The notes below the pieces were generated by a model, which was not told the DNA's origin, did not search any database, and saw nothing but the letters and a program-made list of their open reading frames with translations. A stretch of DNA of 63,557 nt, filler included, from Octopus bimaculoides (taxonomy: Eukaryota): assembly GCF_001194135.2 (NCBI RefSeq). It is 4 parts of 4 records of this genome, joined end to end, with 100 filler letters (N's around TTAATTAATTAA, not from the genome) between each part and the next. Parts side by side here need not be neighbours in the genome. Positions count along the whole stretch, not along the records: positions 1 to 30,199 come from NC_068999.1; 3 more parts are not named here. One strand, 5' to 3'. Shown piece by piece: positions 11,581 through 23,554 of the stretch. The translations under genes were made by a program, and so were the position numbers. How positions within the stretch are numbered: the stretch's first letter is position 1; every line of letters starts with the position of its first letter.

Positions 11581-13050
11581 CCGGTTCCAGCACATGCCGG
11601 TAGTTATGCGTCAGCAACTGGAAGGGGTGTAGCAGCAGATGCGCTAGAGGTGCGCGAAGAGAAAATCGAGCCAAAGAAATTAAAGGAATACAAGTTAATT
11701 CAGATGGAAGGAACCAGTCTAAGGCTGACACCGCCAGAGGAATTAGCAACCAGCATAGAAAAGAGAACAGTGGTTTACAGAACGTTGTCAACAACTAAGA
11801 AAATTGAAATTACCACAATAGAAGCAATTGAAGGATGTCTCAAAGAAATCAAGAACTTAACAACGTTCTACACGAGAGGAAGAAAATACGGCACAGTGGA
11901 GGTGAGGTTCGCTAACGAACAGGAAGCGATAAATCACTCCACTGTGGAGCTCAGGACGCAAGAATGGGTACTCTAGCCGACTTACAGTGGCAAGAGAGTT
12001 GCTAGAGTGAGGATAGGCAGAGTACCCCCGGATATCAAAGAGGCGTGGCTGGTAGCAGCCGTTATACATAAAATAGAAGAAGACGCCAAGATTTTAAAGG
12101 TGACGAGAACTAAAAAAGTGAACTGATGGAGGATATGGCCTTGAAATGGCCATTCAAGTCGGAGTGAAGGACTTATATGAAATAGCGGAAGAGGTAATTT
12201 TACCGGACGACATAAGATTGAGAGTGGTGGTGGAGGGAAGACCACCAACCTGTTATCAATGTGGGGAGAAAGGACATATGAGAGCAAGGTGCCCCCAGAA
12301 AGACAATAAAAGCGAGGAAAAACAAGAGCAGAGTGCCGAACAAGAGCAGAATGCCGAAGATGCGGCCCCAGTAATAAAAATAAATGCCCGGAGGAAGCGG
12401 ATGAGGTATTTACGGTAGTAACGAGGAAAAAGAGAAAGGAATGTGTAAGCTCACCGCCTAAGAGTCCTTTAAAGAAAAGGAAGGACTACTCATATTGGGC
12501 ATCTCCAAGATCGACTCCTCATATTGGGCATCTCCAAAAGTGAATGTTAAAAAGAAGAACAATAAAATTCGAGTATGTGCAGATTTCTTGACGGGACCAA
12601 ACGAAGGTGCAGATTTTACACTGCAAGAGACTCCAACAGCACCATCAACAAAGGAAACCATCACAGAAAACCAAGTTCCATCGCAGGAACAAGCAATCCA
12701 AAAACAGGCAAAAACAAGTGACATATAGTGACATATGCAAAAAGCACTGAGATCGAGAGAAAAATCACCAAATTCAGATCAGTGATAAGAGTGAAACTAC
12801 CAGTGGAGCATTACCCGGAGAGTACGAAGGCAATAGTGATAGATAAGGAAAGATATAACAAGCTGAAGGAATGGTTCGGAAACAGGATGGCCCCAATGGG
12901 TGCAAGAGTAGAATTCGACGACTTACCGCCAGTCATAGACTATCAAGACTTATTACCATATATAAAATGGTAAACCGTAAGTAAATGTTAAAATTCTAAA
13001 CACTGTACACAAGATTCTAAAAGAAAAAAAGGAAAAAAGAGAAAAGAAAA
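11581..13050 (+). mobile_element. LINE ORF1-like (RRM-like plus CCHC knuckle) element with no ORF2 and an A-rich tail
   Basis: SYASA motif (11602), RKYGTVEVRF (RRM-like), VARVRIGRVPPDI, VVVEGRPPTCYQCGEKGHMRARC (CX2CX4HX4C), Lys/Ser-rich linker, C-terminal ORF to 12973, A-rich tract 13018-13050. Stops and frameshifts present. Confidence 0.6.
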
Positions 13051-13180
13051 TTGATATAAAAACTGTACATTAAAACATTAAAATGGTACTGCTTGAGAGT
13101 GAGGCTCAATGCAGCCATTTCTTCCTCATTATAATTATTCATTCATCTCTCATGCATTCGTTTTATGTTTTTGTCCCCAC

Positions 13181-13419
13181 TGTGGTGTTCTGTCTGTCCT
13201 TGTACTGTTTCCTCTGTGTCATGGCTTGTGTGCCAAATAAAAGAAATTAGTTGACAGCGTTGGTCGTCCGTATTGGTCACTGTGTTTAATATCATAACTA
13301 CATTTGGGGTTGTACGGAGTGCATTCTGTGTGAACATATTAATTCTGTGAATGGTTATTCTAGATAACCATATCCAAATATTTATTCTTACACCCGATGT
13401 GTACATATACGTCATAACA
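13181..13419 (+). repeat. Putative 5' LTR of the Gypsy element
   Basis: Ends ...TAACA 4 nt before the PBS; contains AATAAA; TG start at 13181 is a guess because there is no second LTR to compare. Confidence 0.5.
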
Positions 13420-13423
13420 ATTT

Positions 13424-13449
13424 TGGCGACGAGATATTCGAACCCATGC
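13424..13449 (+). promoter_or_regulatory. Primer-binding site, tRNA-Ser(GCU)-like
   Basis: TGGCGACGAG, then ATATTCGAACCCATGC; complementary to the remembered metazoan tRNA-Ser(GCU) 3' end (...GGGTTCGAATCCCATCCTCGTCG-CCA). Confidence 0.7.
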
Positions 13450-15724
13450 TGGACAGATTGTTGTTTGAACGTGGAAGAATTACTAGCTTCAGTAATTGAA
13501 TTACAGAAACAGAAACAGCAGCAACAACAACAGCAGATGTTGGAATTGCAGAAGCAATAGCAACTGTTAATACAACTGCTACTCAACAAAACAGAAAATA
13601 CATCGAGTTCCTTCACCCCTGATACGGTAGCAAACCCCATCGGAGAGTTCGCATATAACCTAGATGAGGGTATTACATTTCCGCTTACTTTCGAAAGTAT
13701 GAAGAGAATTTAAAGAAGAGTGCTCCTACAGGCAACACGAAAAAAAACCCCCTGACTTTTGTAGAGAAAGTTGACCCCCAGCTGAGCATGAAAAATTTTG
13801 TAATTATATATTATCAAAGAGACTGGGTGAAATCTGTTTTGAAGAAACTGGATATTCTAAGATCTTCAGCGAAAAAAGCTCTTTATTTAATATGCACTGG
13901 CAATGCATGAATATTACAAAAAAAAAAAAAAAAGAGGAAAAGATTTTATTACATATGCTGGAATCGTTAATAGGGAACGCGAGAAATTTAAAATTAATGA
14001 ACATGTTTAAATGCCTAATTTTAGTGCAAGGTTTAGCGGCAAGTAAAGACACGGAAATTCGTAACTGAATTCTGACTAAATTAGGGCAGAATCATAAGCT
14101 AACATTACAAGAAATATATGAGGAATGCCAGAGAATAATAAACCTAAAGCACGATGCGGAACAAACTGGCACGATACGGAACATATACAATCGGTGCGAC
14201 CGAAAGTAAGTAATGAAAAGCAGAAATCTAACCCATGTTTTGGATGAGGAGAATTATACTACAGATTCAACTGTCCTTATAAAAATCGAAAGCTTATGTA
14301 TTAAAAAATGCAAGCAACCTTTTTGGAGCTGACTGGATGGAACTGCTCGACTTATGGGATTTACCCATGGATAATTTTTGTAAAAATGTAATGGGAGTCG
14401 TGCGCCAGTTCAAATACAGAATCAGACAATTTAAAAAAAGAAGTGTAAAGGTTGTTCCCTGATATTTTTTCGGATGAGTTGGGTCGGTGCAATAAATTTA
14501 AAGCAAAATTTCAGGTAAAAGAAAATTCATTACCAGTTTTCAAACCCAAACCGTTTGCAGCTCTGGAGCAAGTGAACAAGGAATTAGACAGTCTGGAAAA
14601 AATGGGAGTGATTGAAAAGATCGACTCCTCATATTGGGTATCTCCAACAGAGAATGTTAAAAAGAACAATAAAATTCGAGTATGCGCAGATTTCTCGACG
14701 GGACTAAACGAATGTTTAAGACAGTATAACTACCCATTACCTAACCCAGAGAAAATCTCGAAACTAAATGGCGATAAATTGTTCTCTGGAAAACTTCTAA
14801 CGATTAATACCGATAAAAGTCTGTACAAATTTAACCGGCTTCCGTTTGGCATAAAAGTTATTCCGGCTATATTACAAGTGTTGAATGCGATGCTTGCATA
14901 GTGTGACTTCGCGATGGCCTACCTGGATGTTGCATTAATTAAAAGTGAATCCCGTGATCAGCATGTCGAGCGTGTAAAATGCGTTTTTGAAAAAAATAAG
15001 AGATTACAATTTCACACTGAATGAGGAGAAATGTGAATTTTTCTTACCTAAAATTGAGTATTTAGGACAAATCATTGATAAAAATGGTCGTCAACCAGAT
15101 CTGTCGAGGGCAGATGTAATTAAAAATATGTCCCCTCCGACAAAATATTTACCTTACAAACTTTTTTGCAACTTGCAAACTATTATCAAAATTATATACC
15201 GAATATGCATAAGGTAAGAGCTCCACTAAATAATCTATTAAAAAAAATGTAAAGTGGAATTGGTTTGAAAATTGTCTGAAGGCATTTGATGAAATTAAAA
15301 AGATATTATGTAATATATCAGATATGTCGTTAGCACATTGCGATCCTGTAGTGGAGCTTGTAGTAGCTTCAGATGCTAGTGAGTACAGTATGGGAGCAGT
15401 AATCTCCCTCTATAAAAGTGAAATGGCCGAAAGTTGTATGTTTGCGTGTCTTATTTAGTTGTTATGCAGGGTTCAATGGCAGTAGGCGTGCTTGGATTGA
15501 GGCGAAGAAGTGACTGGACTAGGTTAGAAATCTCCATCTCAAAAGTTGTAGTTACTAGGGCAACAAAACCCATACTTTGACAAATGTTTGTCGTTTCTCT
15601 CTTTCGGATATCACCCCGTCTTCCTTGATCTCTCTCTTTCCTCCCTTCTCTCCACTTTCTCTCTATAACGACGTTTGACAGCTTCCATTCTCTTTCCCTC
15701 TCCACCTTCACCGTCTCTCCGTCA

Positions 15725-15764
<40 letters not shown>

Positions 15765-15999
15765 ACGCCTGTCAGTATCTATAGAGAGAGTGTTGACAGC
15801 CGCAAAAGTTTAAATATTCCCGCCACAGGTCTTTTAGAACGGTGAATTATTATCGCCCACGACCACCGCNNNNNNNNNNNNNNNNNNNNNNNNNNNNNNN
15901 NNNNNNNNNNNNNNNNNNNNNNNNNNNNNNNNNNNNNNNNNNNNNNNNNNNNNNNNNNNNNNNNNNNNNNNNNNNNNNNNNNNNNNNNNNNNNNNNNNN

Positions 16000-16042
<43 letters not shown>

Positions 16043-16233
16043 TATATACAGCACTTACTCGGTATTACCTGTATCTTTGGGTTTGGTTAAATCCAATACT
16101 CTCCTTAACCTTATATATATAAAGTTATATATAATGCGTATATATATATAATGCGTATATATATAATGCATATATATATGTGCATATATATATTTAATGC
16201 GTATGTATATATATATATATATAATGTGTGCAT

Positions 16234-16998
16234 ATGTGGTCGGATTGAGCTGAAAATATGCACACCTATGTTAAACGTGCTGGCGAGTTTGCATGGTGAC
16301 TTTGAGTTTGTTCAATTGAAAGGCGTGGCCTCTAGGGTAAAATTCCTCATCTTTTAGAATGTGGCCCGAGTAGACCCGAATGAAATCCGGTTATAATAAC
16401 CAAACACGTAAAACAATGAAAAACTATGCCATTTTAATCCCGAGCAAGGTCGGACAGCTCTGGTATTCTAATATATATTTGTGAAAAGGACGGACGTTGC
16501 CTCACATTCAGTTGCGCAGGCAAAAGTGTTAGTAAATGTGATCGGATTGAGCTGAAAATTTACACACCTATTGAATTCCTCAACAGCCAACTACCTCCCG
16601 GACTTCCACCTCATGACCTTAGACTGAAGGTTAGTGTTCCTGCTATGCTGCTGAGAAACATGGAACCACCAGAACTATGCAACGGTACGCGTCTGATCAT
16701 CAAAAAATTGAGACCCTGCTGGCGTGACAAAGTTATTAACCTCATGAGCCTTAATCCCTCTATCGTGCCATTTGAATTTACGCGACGGCAGTTTCCCGTA
16801 AAAGTATGCTTTGCAATGAGCATCAGTAAGGCACAGGGACAGTCGTTACAAGTAGATGGCCTAAATTTGACACAGGAGGTTTTTACCCACGGTCAACTAT
16901 ACGTCGGAAGCTCCCGTGTCGGTAGTCTACACAATCTCTTTATTTGTGGTAATCCAGGCAACACCAGGAACGTTGCCTACAAAGAAGCCCTGCAATAA
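16234..16998 (+). mobile_element. Helitron fragment (PIF1-like helicase C-terminus) with upstream direct-repeat block
   Basis: From ~16572 EFLNSQLPPGLPPHDLRLKV, then ORF 16645-16998 MLLRNMEPPELCNGTRL...RRQFPVKVCFAMSISKAQGQSL...VFTHGQLYVGSSRV...NVAYKEALQ, the RepHel helicase end. Confidence 0.88.
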
Positions 16999-17159
16999 CA
17001 CTTTTGAACCTACATTACTCTCCCGTCTCTAGAGTCATTGTAACTGTCTCAATTTTTTGCCCAACTGCATCCACCTTCTTCATGACGCTGGCCACCTCTA
17101 CAGCCTGACCTCTGCCAGTCAAACTCCCAACCCATGGGCTCACGTCGTGACACTGATTC

Positions 17160-20100
17160 CGCAAAATTAGGTTGGGTGTGACTACATATTGTATCCAAAA
17201 CATTGTAAGTGCAGTCGTATTATACTATTTCAGTTTTGTGCAGATAACTCGACCCAACTTATATATATATATTTGTGCAGGTTCCTCAGGCTCTTTGGAG
17301 GAATATTAAAAATCTGTGGGCCCCTGAAACCCAAACTGTTGCAGTAACTGGTCCTGAAGCGCGATGGCATTGCTGGGATCTTTGGCACTATGCAGTGTCG
17401 TCCCGTTCTGGTATTGGGGTAGCTTTCAATGCCAAAATTTGGCACAATTCCTTCCAGGATCTTCCAGATGTATATTACTGCATACTTCTTCCGCCTTCTC
17501 TCCAGGGAGTAGAGTCTTAACTGTTTCAGCCTTTCCCAGTAGCTGAGCAGTTGTAAAGAGACAATCTTCTATGTGAATCTTCTCTGGATTGCTTCAAGGT
17601 CCGCTGTTAATTTCACACTGGTGGGTGACCATAGCTGTGAACAGTAATCCAGGCGGCTGAGGACGAATGTCCTCCAGAGGACCATCATGGTTTCCTTATC
17701 TCTGGTTCTGAATGTTCTCAGGATCCATCTAGCCAGTCGTCTGCACTTTGTCGCCATCCTGGTAATGTGCACTTGGAAAGAGGTATCATCACTCATGTTG
17801 ATATCCAGGCCTCTCACTGATTTAGGCTCTGGGATTGAAATTTCCTGCGGACTTGTGTACTCTGTAAGTTTCATATTCAGTTTTGGACGTTGGTAGCGCA
17901 GGGCTTGGAGTTTTTCAGCATTAAACTGCATGTTATTATCCTCAGCCCATCTGTAAATTGAGTCCAACTCCTGCTGCAGAAGTGCAGCATCACGAGTTTT
18001 GTATTTTCTGCGAGACTTTCGTATCACCTGCGTAGCTTGCAAGGGTGGCTATCTGGGCACTTGAGGGCATATCTGAGAGGGCCACTATAAAAAGCAGTGG
18101 TCCCAAGACAGTGCCCTGTGGAACACTGCTCACTATTTGTGTTTTCCTAGAGGTGGCTCCATTAGCCACTACCGCCTGACTTCTATCTTTCAGAAAGTCA
18201 TGTAACCACTCTCCAAGTTTTCAAGCTATGTCAAGATCACGCAGTTTGTGGCATATCATGCCATGATCCACTTTGTCAAAACTTTTGCAAAATCAAGGTA
18301 TATTACGTCCACATTTGAGTTGTTGAGTAACTGCCTCAACACCCAGTCATAATGTTATAAGAGCTGGGTCAGGCAGCTCCTACCTGGTCGAAAGCCATGT
18401 TGAGTATCACTCAGCAAGTTATTTTCTTCAAGGAATGCAATTAGTTTTCCTCTGACTATCCTTTCCATGACTTTGCTGATGTGTAAAGTCAGAGAGATAG
18501 GCCTATAGCTTTTGGCATCTGATCTGCTTCCCCATTATTATTCCCTCCTTTAGCTTGCTTGGTAGTCTGCCATTTGCAAGAAAGCTCTGGAAGAGGATCT
18601 GGAGGTGTTTTGACAGGACCAGCAGTTGAGTTTGTGTCCACTTAATCTATAGCTAGTAGTACATCTTCGCTAATGTCGATGTATTCCATCGTAACTGCCT
18701 TTCTGGTTATAGGGGAGGTAGCAAAGAAGCCCACTGGTTCATTCACTTGTCTGTGTTCCAACGGGGTGGTGAAGACACTTTTGAACTGGTCATTCAGTAC
18801 CTTACTGATCCTAGTTGGACTGTCTATGAGGGAGCCATCATTTTCGAAGAGGGGTCCAATCTTGCAGCGTACTGAGGCTGTTTCTTTCGCGTAATGAAAG
18901 AAGGCCTTTGGGTTTGACTTAATGTTTTTTATAACCCAGGCTTCTTTGTCTGCTCTCTCCCTCACGTAGGATTGTTTTTCAATCTCCATCAGTGTCGTTT
19001 TTAGGCGAGACCTTTCGCTACTTTTGGGATGCTGGTTGAGTCGATTTGCAACTTTCGTCCGTCGTCTCATGAGGATCTTTATCTCCCTTGGAATCTTGTT
19101 CCTATTTGTTTTGGCCTTGTGCTCGGGGACANNNNNNNNNNCTTTGTGGAAGTTCAGATTGGAGAGATTTCGGGTGCTTCCTTTAGGCTGTATGTCTCTG
19201 GTTACTTTCGGCCCAAACACAGACAGCTCTATTATGTTGTGATCCGAGACTAATGTCGGCGTCACTTTCATATTATGAATGATGTCCATATTGTTCGTGA
19301 AGCAAAGATCCAGAATGTTATTCGCTCTAGTCAGTCTGAGACCAGCTTGCTCCATGAATAGGGCATTGGTAGGGTTGAGCAGGGACTCCACCTGTGCTTG
19401 CTTGCGATGAGTAATTCCTGAGAGTATGAGACCTTCGGGCCATTTGACGTTGGGGAAGTTGAAATCACCCATAAGAAATATGGTCACGTGGTGTTCCAGT
19501 TTCATGAGGATTTCTTTAATTCTTGTGAGGCAATCTTCAAATTTGCCTATGTGGTTTGGAGCATCCGGTGGGCAATATGTATTGCATATGACTATATTAT
19601 GTTGTCACATACCGAATTTGAGTATGACAGTAAGACCTGGGGTGAGAGGCCATCACGGATGTATACAGCAACTCCACCATGGCTCCTTTCCCTTCTGTCT
19701 GTTCGCAGCATGACATGTTTTGGTACGTGTACTTCTGCATCTTCTATATCAGGGCTGAGGTGAGTTTCCACGAGTGCTATGCTTAGGGCTTGTTTGCATG
19801 CAGCAAGGTCTCTCAGGAAAGAAATTTTGCTTTTATTATAATGCAACAGGCCCCCTATATTTAGTAAAAATATTGGCGTGATGACTGTGCAGGCGTTAGG
19901 GGAGGCCATCCCATGTCTGTTGACTGTGGTGGTCTTGCGCAGTAGTGGGCAAGGTTCTTTGTTTGTGCTTGGTGTAGCCAGGTCAGNNNNNNNNNNNNNN
20001 NNNNNNNNNNNNNNNNNNNNNNNNNNNNNNNNNNNNNNNNNNNNNNNNNNNNNNNNNNNNNNNNNNNNNNNNNNNNNNNNNNNNNNNNNNNNNNNNNNNN

Positions 20101-20770
20101 NNNNNNNNNNNNNNNNNNNNNNNNNNNNNNNNNNNNNNNNNNNNNNNNNNNTTGCAGATAAAATTTGCAGGTACTTGAGTACCTTCCAAATTTCTTTCTT
20201 TCCTGTAGGGTTTTGGATGGCATTAGATCCTCCTTGGGGTTTTCTGTTTTTTGTTTGGTGGATTGGGGTTTCGGTTTTGGTTGTTTCATTTTTGCATTTT
20301 CCTTTTCCTTCCTTTCCTTCTTTATGCTTGTGTTCCGTCCTTCCTTTTCTTGTGGTGGGAACTTTTTTCCTCCTCTGGTTGTCCAATAGGGTGAGGGCTT
20401 CTTTCCTTTGTAGGACGACTGGCACAGAGGGGCTTCTAGTCGCTGCTTCCTAGGCTCCACTATCCTTTTCTGCCTGGTCGTTCGCAGGGGTGGGTGATCC
20501 ATTCTCTCGAGGAGCCACTGGATCAAAGAGACTTCCGGGTGTTGTTTCCTATTCATATTCTCCATCCTTATCAGCCTTTCCACAATAGTTTTCGATTATG
20601 ACATCCAGGGTGTCAATGTGTGGTCTGATGAGCATATAGGATCGGAGGAATTCATTCTTATTCCGCTCTATCTGATCTGTCGTTCTGTGAAAGCCATTGT
20701 TTTTCAGTGCAGCAGTGATGATGTTGTTTGGCTAATCGCCACTAGCAATTATCCATGCTCGCAACAGAAG
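17160..20770 (-). mobile_element. Near-full-length decayed CR1-clade LINE (ORF1, APE, RT)
   Basis: APE: IFLLNIGGL...IALVETHL...RTDRRERSHGGVAVY, MGDFNFP, NILDLCFTN. RT: NYRPISLT, DFAK-FDKVDH, GTVLGPLLF, YAGDT (xADD decayed), WILRTFRTRD...SRLDYCSQLWSP; C-terminal NSLGFRGPQIFN. Lys-rich ORF1 19861-20583 partly in an N gap. Confidence 0.92.
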
Positions 20771-20829
20771 ATTTAATTCTTTCTTCTCCCACTTTGGTGC
20801 CATCTTCGTTTTTTTAAGCCCAGAAGGGG

Positions 20830-21360
20830 AGTAGAGGATAGAGAAGAAGTGAAAGATAACGGGAGGTAGAAAAGAAGAAACACAGAGGGGGGAATAGGGA
20901 AAGAGAGAGGGAGATATGAAGGAAAGAGAGAGAGGGTGATATGAGGAAGAGAGGGGGTAATATGAGGAAGAGAGGGAGTGTGGGGTGTTAGAGAGACAGA
21001 AGGAAATAGAGGAGGGGAAGAGAAAGAGAGACAGAGTGAAGGAGAGGAGGGGAAGATAAAGAGAGACAGAGGGAGGGAGAGGATGGGAAGAGAAAAAGAG
21101 ACAGACTGAGGGAGAGACAGGAAAGGATGAAGGATGTGAGAGAAAGGGAGAAACGGAGTGAGAAGAGGAGGAAAATGAGAAGGATATGAGGGAGAGGGTG
21201 AGGTGACAGGAGGAGAGGAAGATGTGAGATACAGAGGAAAGGAAAGAGAACTGAGAAAAGAGGAAGAGAGATGAGAAAAAGAGTGGAAGACAGAGAGGGA
21301 GAGAGGTAGGTGTAAAGAGATAAAGGGAGGGAGAGAGGAAGCGGTAGTTATGAAAGAAAG
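20830..21360. repeat. Purine-rich (GA/GGA) low-complexity tract
   Basis: Nearly all A/G on the + strand; explains spurious ORF 20773-21516. Confidence 0.9.
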
Positions 21361-22239
21361 AGTGGGACCAGGTAACGAAGATGTGTAAGAAAACGAAAAA
21401 CGAAAATTTGTAATTCTAAATGGGATTTGTAATTCAAATAATTGCAAAGAGATAAAATTAAAAAAAAGAGACGATAGTGAAAAGAAAGGGGTTTCGTAAT
21501 GGTTTCTATTTTTCAAAGAGAATAAAAAAAGTGGTTTCTATTTTTCAAAGAGAATCAAAGCTAAGTGGTCGCAGTAATAAAAGTTGAATGAAAATTATAG
21601 TGAGAATTCTCAGAAAGTAAACAAAGATTAAGTCGTAGCTCAAATGTTATCCAAGTTAAAAGAAAATAAACAAATGAAAAGGATACTTATTCGTAAGAGG
21701 TAAAATTCCAAATGCTTGTTCTTGTACGAAGAAGTTTTCTTTCAAAAATAGTTATTTTTTTGCTTCTTACATTCGACTGCAAATAAAACTACGCGGTTAT
21801 CGACGATACCTCTAGCTTGTGTCACTGACTTTAATGTACTATATTAAACTTTTAGTGTAATATATTACTTTTTTTCTTTTAATCAATATATGATAGTAGA
21901 CCTTTATGAAGTAACAAGTACTACGTTTTGTCAGTTTTAGCACATTTATTTTTCGTCGATTTAGGCAATCCTTTGTAACCATGTGGTTTTTCGACGATAA
22001 CTAGCGTGTGTCGCTGACTTTAATGTAATATATTCAACTTTTAGAGAAATATATCACGTTGTTTTAATTAGTATATTACAGTAGAATGTTATTATATAAC
22101 GAGGTCTACGTTTTTGTCAGTTTTAGCCGATTTTACCGTCGATTTATGCAATCCCATTTGGGTTGTTTCAGGAGAATGAAAAAGCACGTCTTTCTTCAAC
22201 GAAACCGGAAATACATATATACGTATAATTACCTGACAC

Positions 22240-22405
22240 AAAGGTTAACTATGATCATCTGGGTGGTTCTCCCAAAGTGAGGCCCTTCCATTGCACTCCG
22301 GTTGGGTTGATCTTTGCGATCGCCCCAAATGTGGGCGACTCGGGAGTATCATTTCTAAGTAAGTCAAACATCTTTAAAAGATCTCTGCATTTTCAAATCC
22401 TGTTT

Positions 22406-22456
<51 letters not shown>

Positions 22457-23030
22457 TGACATCACTTCGCTGACGAAGATTAGGAAGGCTGTTATCCACG
22501 TTATCTGTTCGCTCGTTCGTGGCTGATAAGGCCAATGTGGGATCGACATATCCGATTGCTGTGATGACAACGGTATGGTTGTTCGGGGTCTGATGATGCA
22601 GCTGCATTATCTTTTCGCTTCTGACGTTAGTCTTCAAGAGAGGCACTGCGAGAGATCTCAAAGGAGAAAACAACATTGCCGATAGTATGACGCCAAGCGA
22701 CACGGTCAACTGTTCGAGTGGACCACTCACGATAATCAATGTCACAAACGCTAAGGGACTGCTTCAGGCAGTCCTTCTAACGCTTCCTTGGTGCTCCCCT
22801 CTTGCGGTGGTCAGTGGTGCGCTCACTGAACATGATGATCTTGGGTAGGCGGTGGCCTTTCATCCTATCAACGTGCCCTGCCCAGCGCAGTCTTGTCTCG
22901 GGTAAAATGGCTTCCAGGCTCGTGATCTTTGCTCGCTCGAGGACTTCGATGTTGGTGATGTAGTTGCTCCAGTAAATGCTGAGGATAGTACGGAGGTAGC
23001 GTTGGTGAAGACGTTCAAAGAACTTGAGGT
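22240..23030 (-). mobile_element. RTE (BovB-like) LINE 3' fragment
   Basis: ORF 22777-23136 contains LKFFERLHQRYLRTILSIYWSNYITNIEVLERA...RLRWAGHVDRMKGHRLPKIIMFSE...RKRGAPRKR, then KDCLKQSL; interrupted by (TA)n at ~22408-22453. Confidence 0.88.
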
Positions 23031-23240
23031 TTATATTCGTATATATATATACACATACACATACACATGTATATAGACATGGATACACATGTATATAGAC
23101 ATGGAGTATATTCTCAAGATATGAAAGTTGATACATCTGATATATTAATTCAAGACTTAAACTTTGAGTGATGGAGAATGGGTATAATATTGAACAACCG
23201 AGTCGCAGGACAATTGACAGTTAATTTTGGGCATCTGTAA

Positions 23241-23365
<125 letters not shown>

Positions 23366-23554
23366 GCACATATCCATGCGTGCACAGGTAGATTTGATTA
23401 AAGGGCTGAAGGTGTCAGCAAATCGAATAAAGTGCTCAACAAGTTTGCGGACTGGAAAATGTGTTATGATATATGTTGAAAGCTGTAACTTACAATATTC
23501 TAGCATGCCTGTATTTAGAAAAATGCGGAATCCATTATTACCGCTGTACTGTTG

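Larger units (their letters stand above)
13181..15420 (+). mobile_element. Decayed Gypsy (K02A2.6-like) LTR retrotransposon: 5' LTR, PBS, gag, RT, RNase H start
   Basis: Gag: QQQMLEL...FTPDTVANPIGEFAYNLDEG, FKCLILVQGLAASKDTEIR. RT ORF 14452: FPDIFSDELG...KELDSLEKMGVIEK...IRVCADFSTGLN...YPLP...RLPFG, AYLDV (YLDD decayed), EKCEFFLPKIEYLG. RNase H: LVVASDASEYSMGAVI. Protease largely deleted; no integrase or matching 3' LTR seen. Confidence 0.9.

Noticed and set aside
15455-15870. Candidate 3' LTR of the 13181-15420 Gypsy
   Set aside because: No similarity to 13181-13419; left unassigned.
20773-21516. 247-aa Ser/Leu/Pro-rich ORF (and similar ORFs at 34447, 35556, 30244 and 46488)
   Set aside because: Translations of low-complexity or microsatellite DNA.
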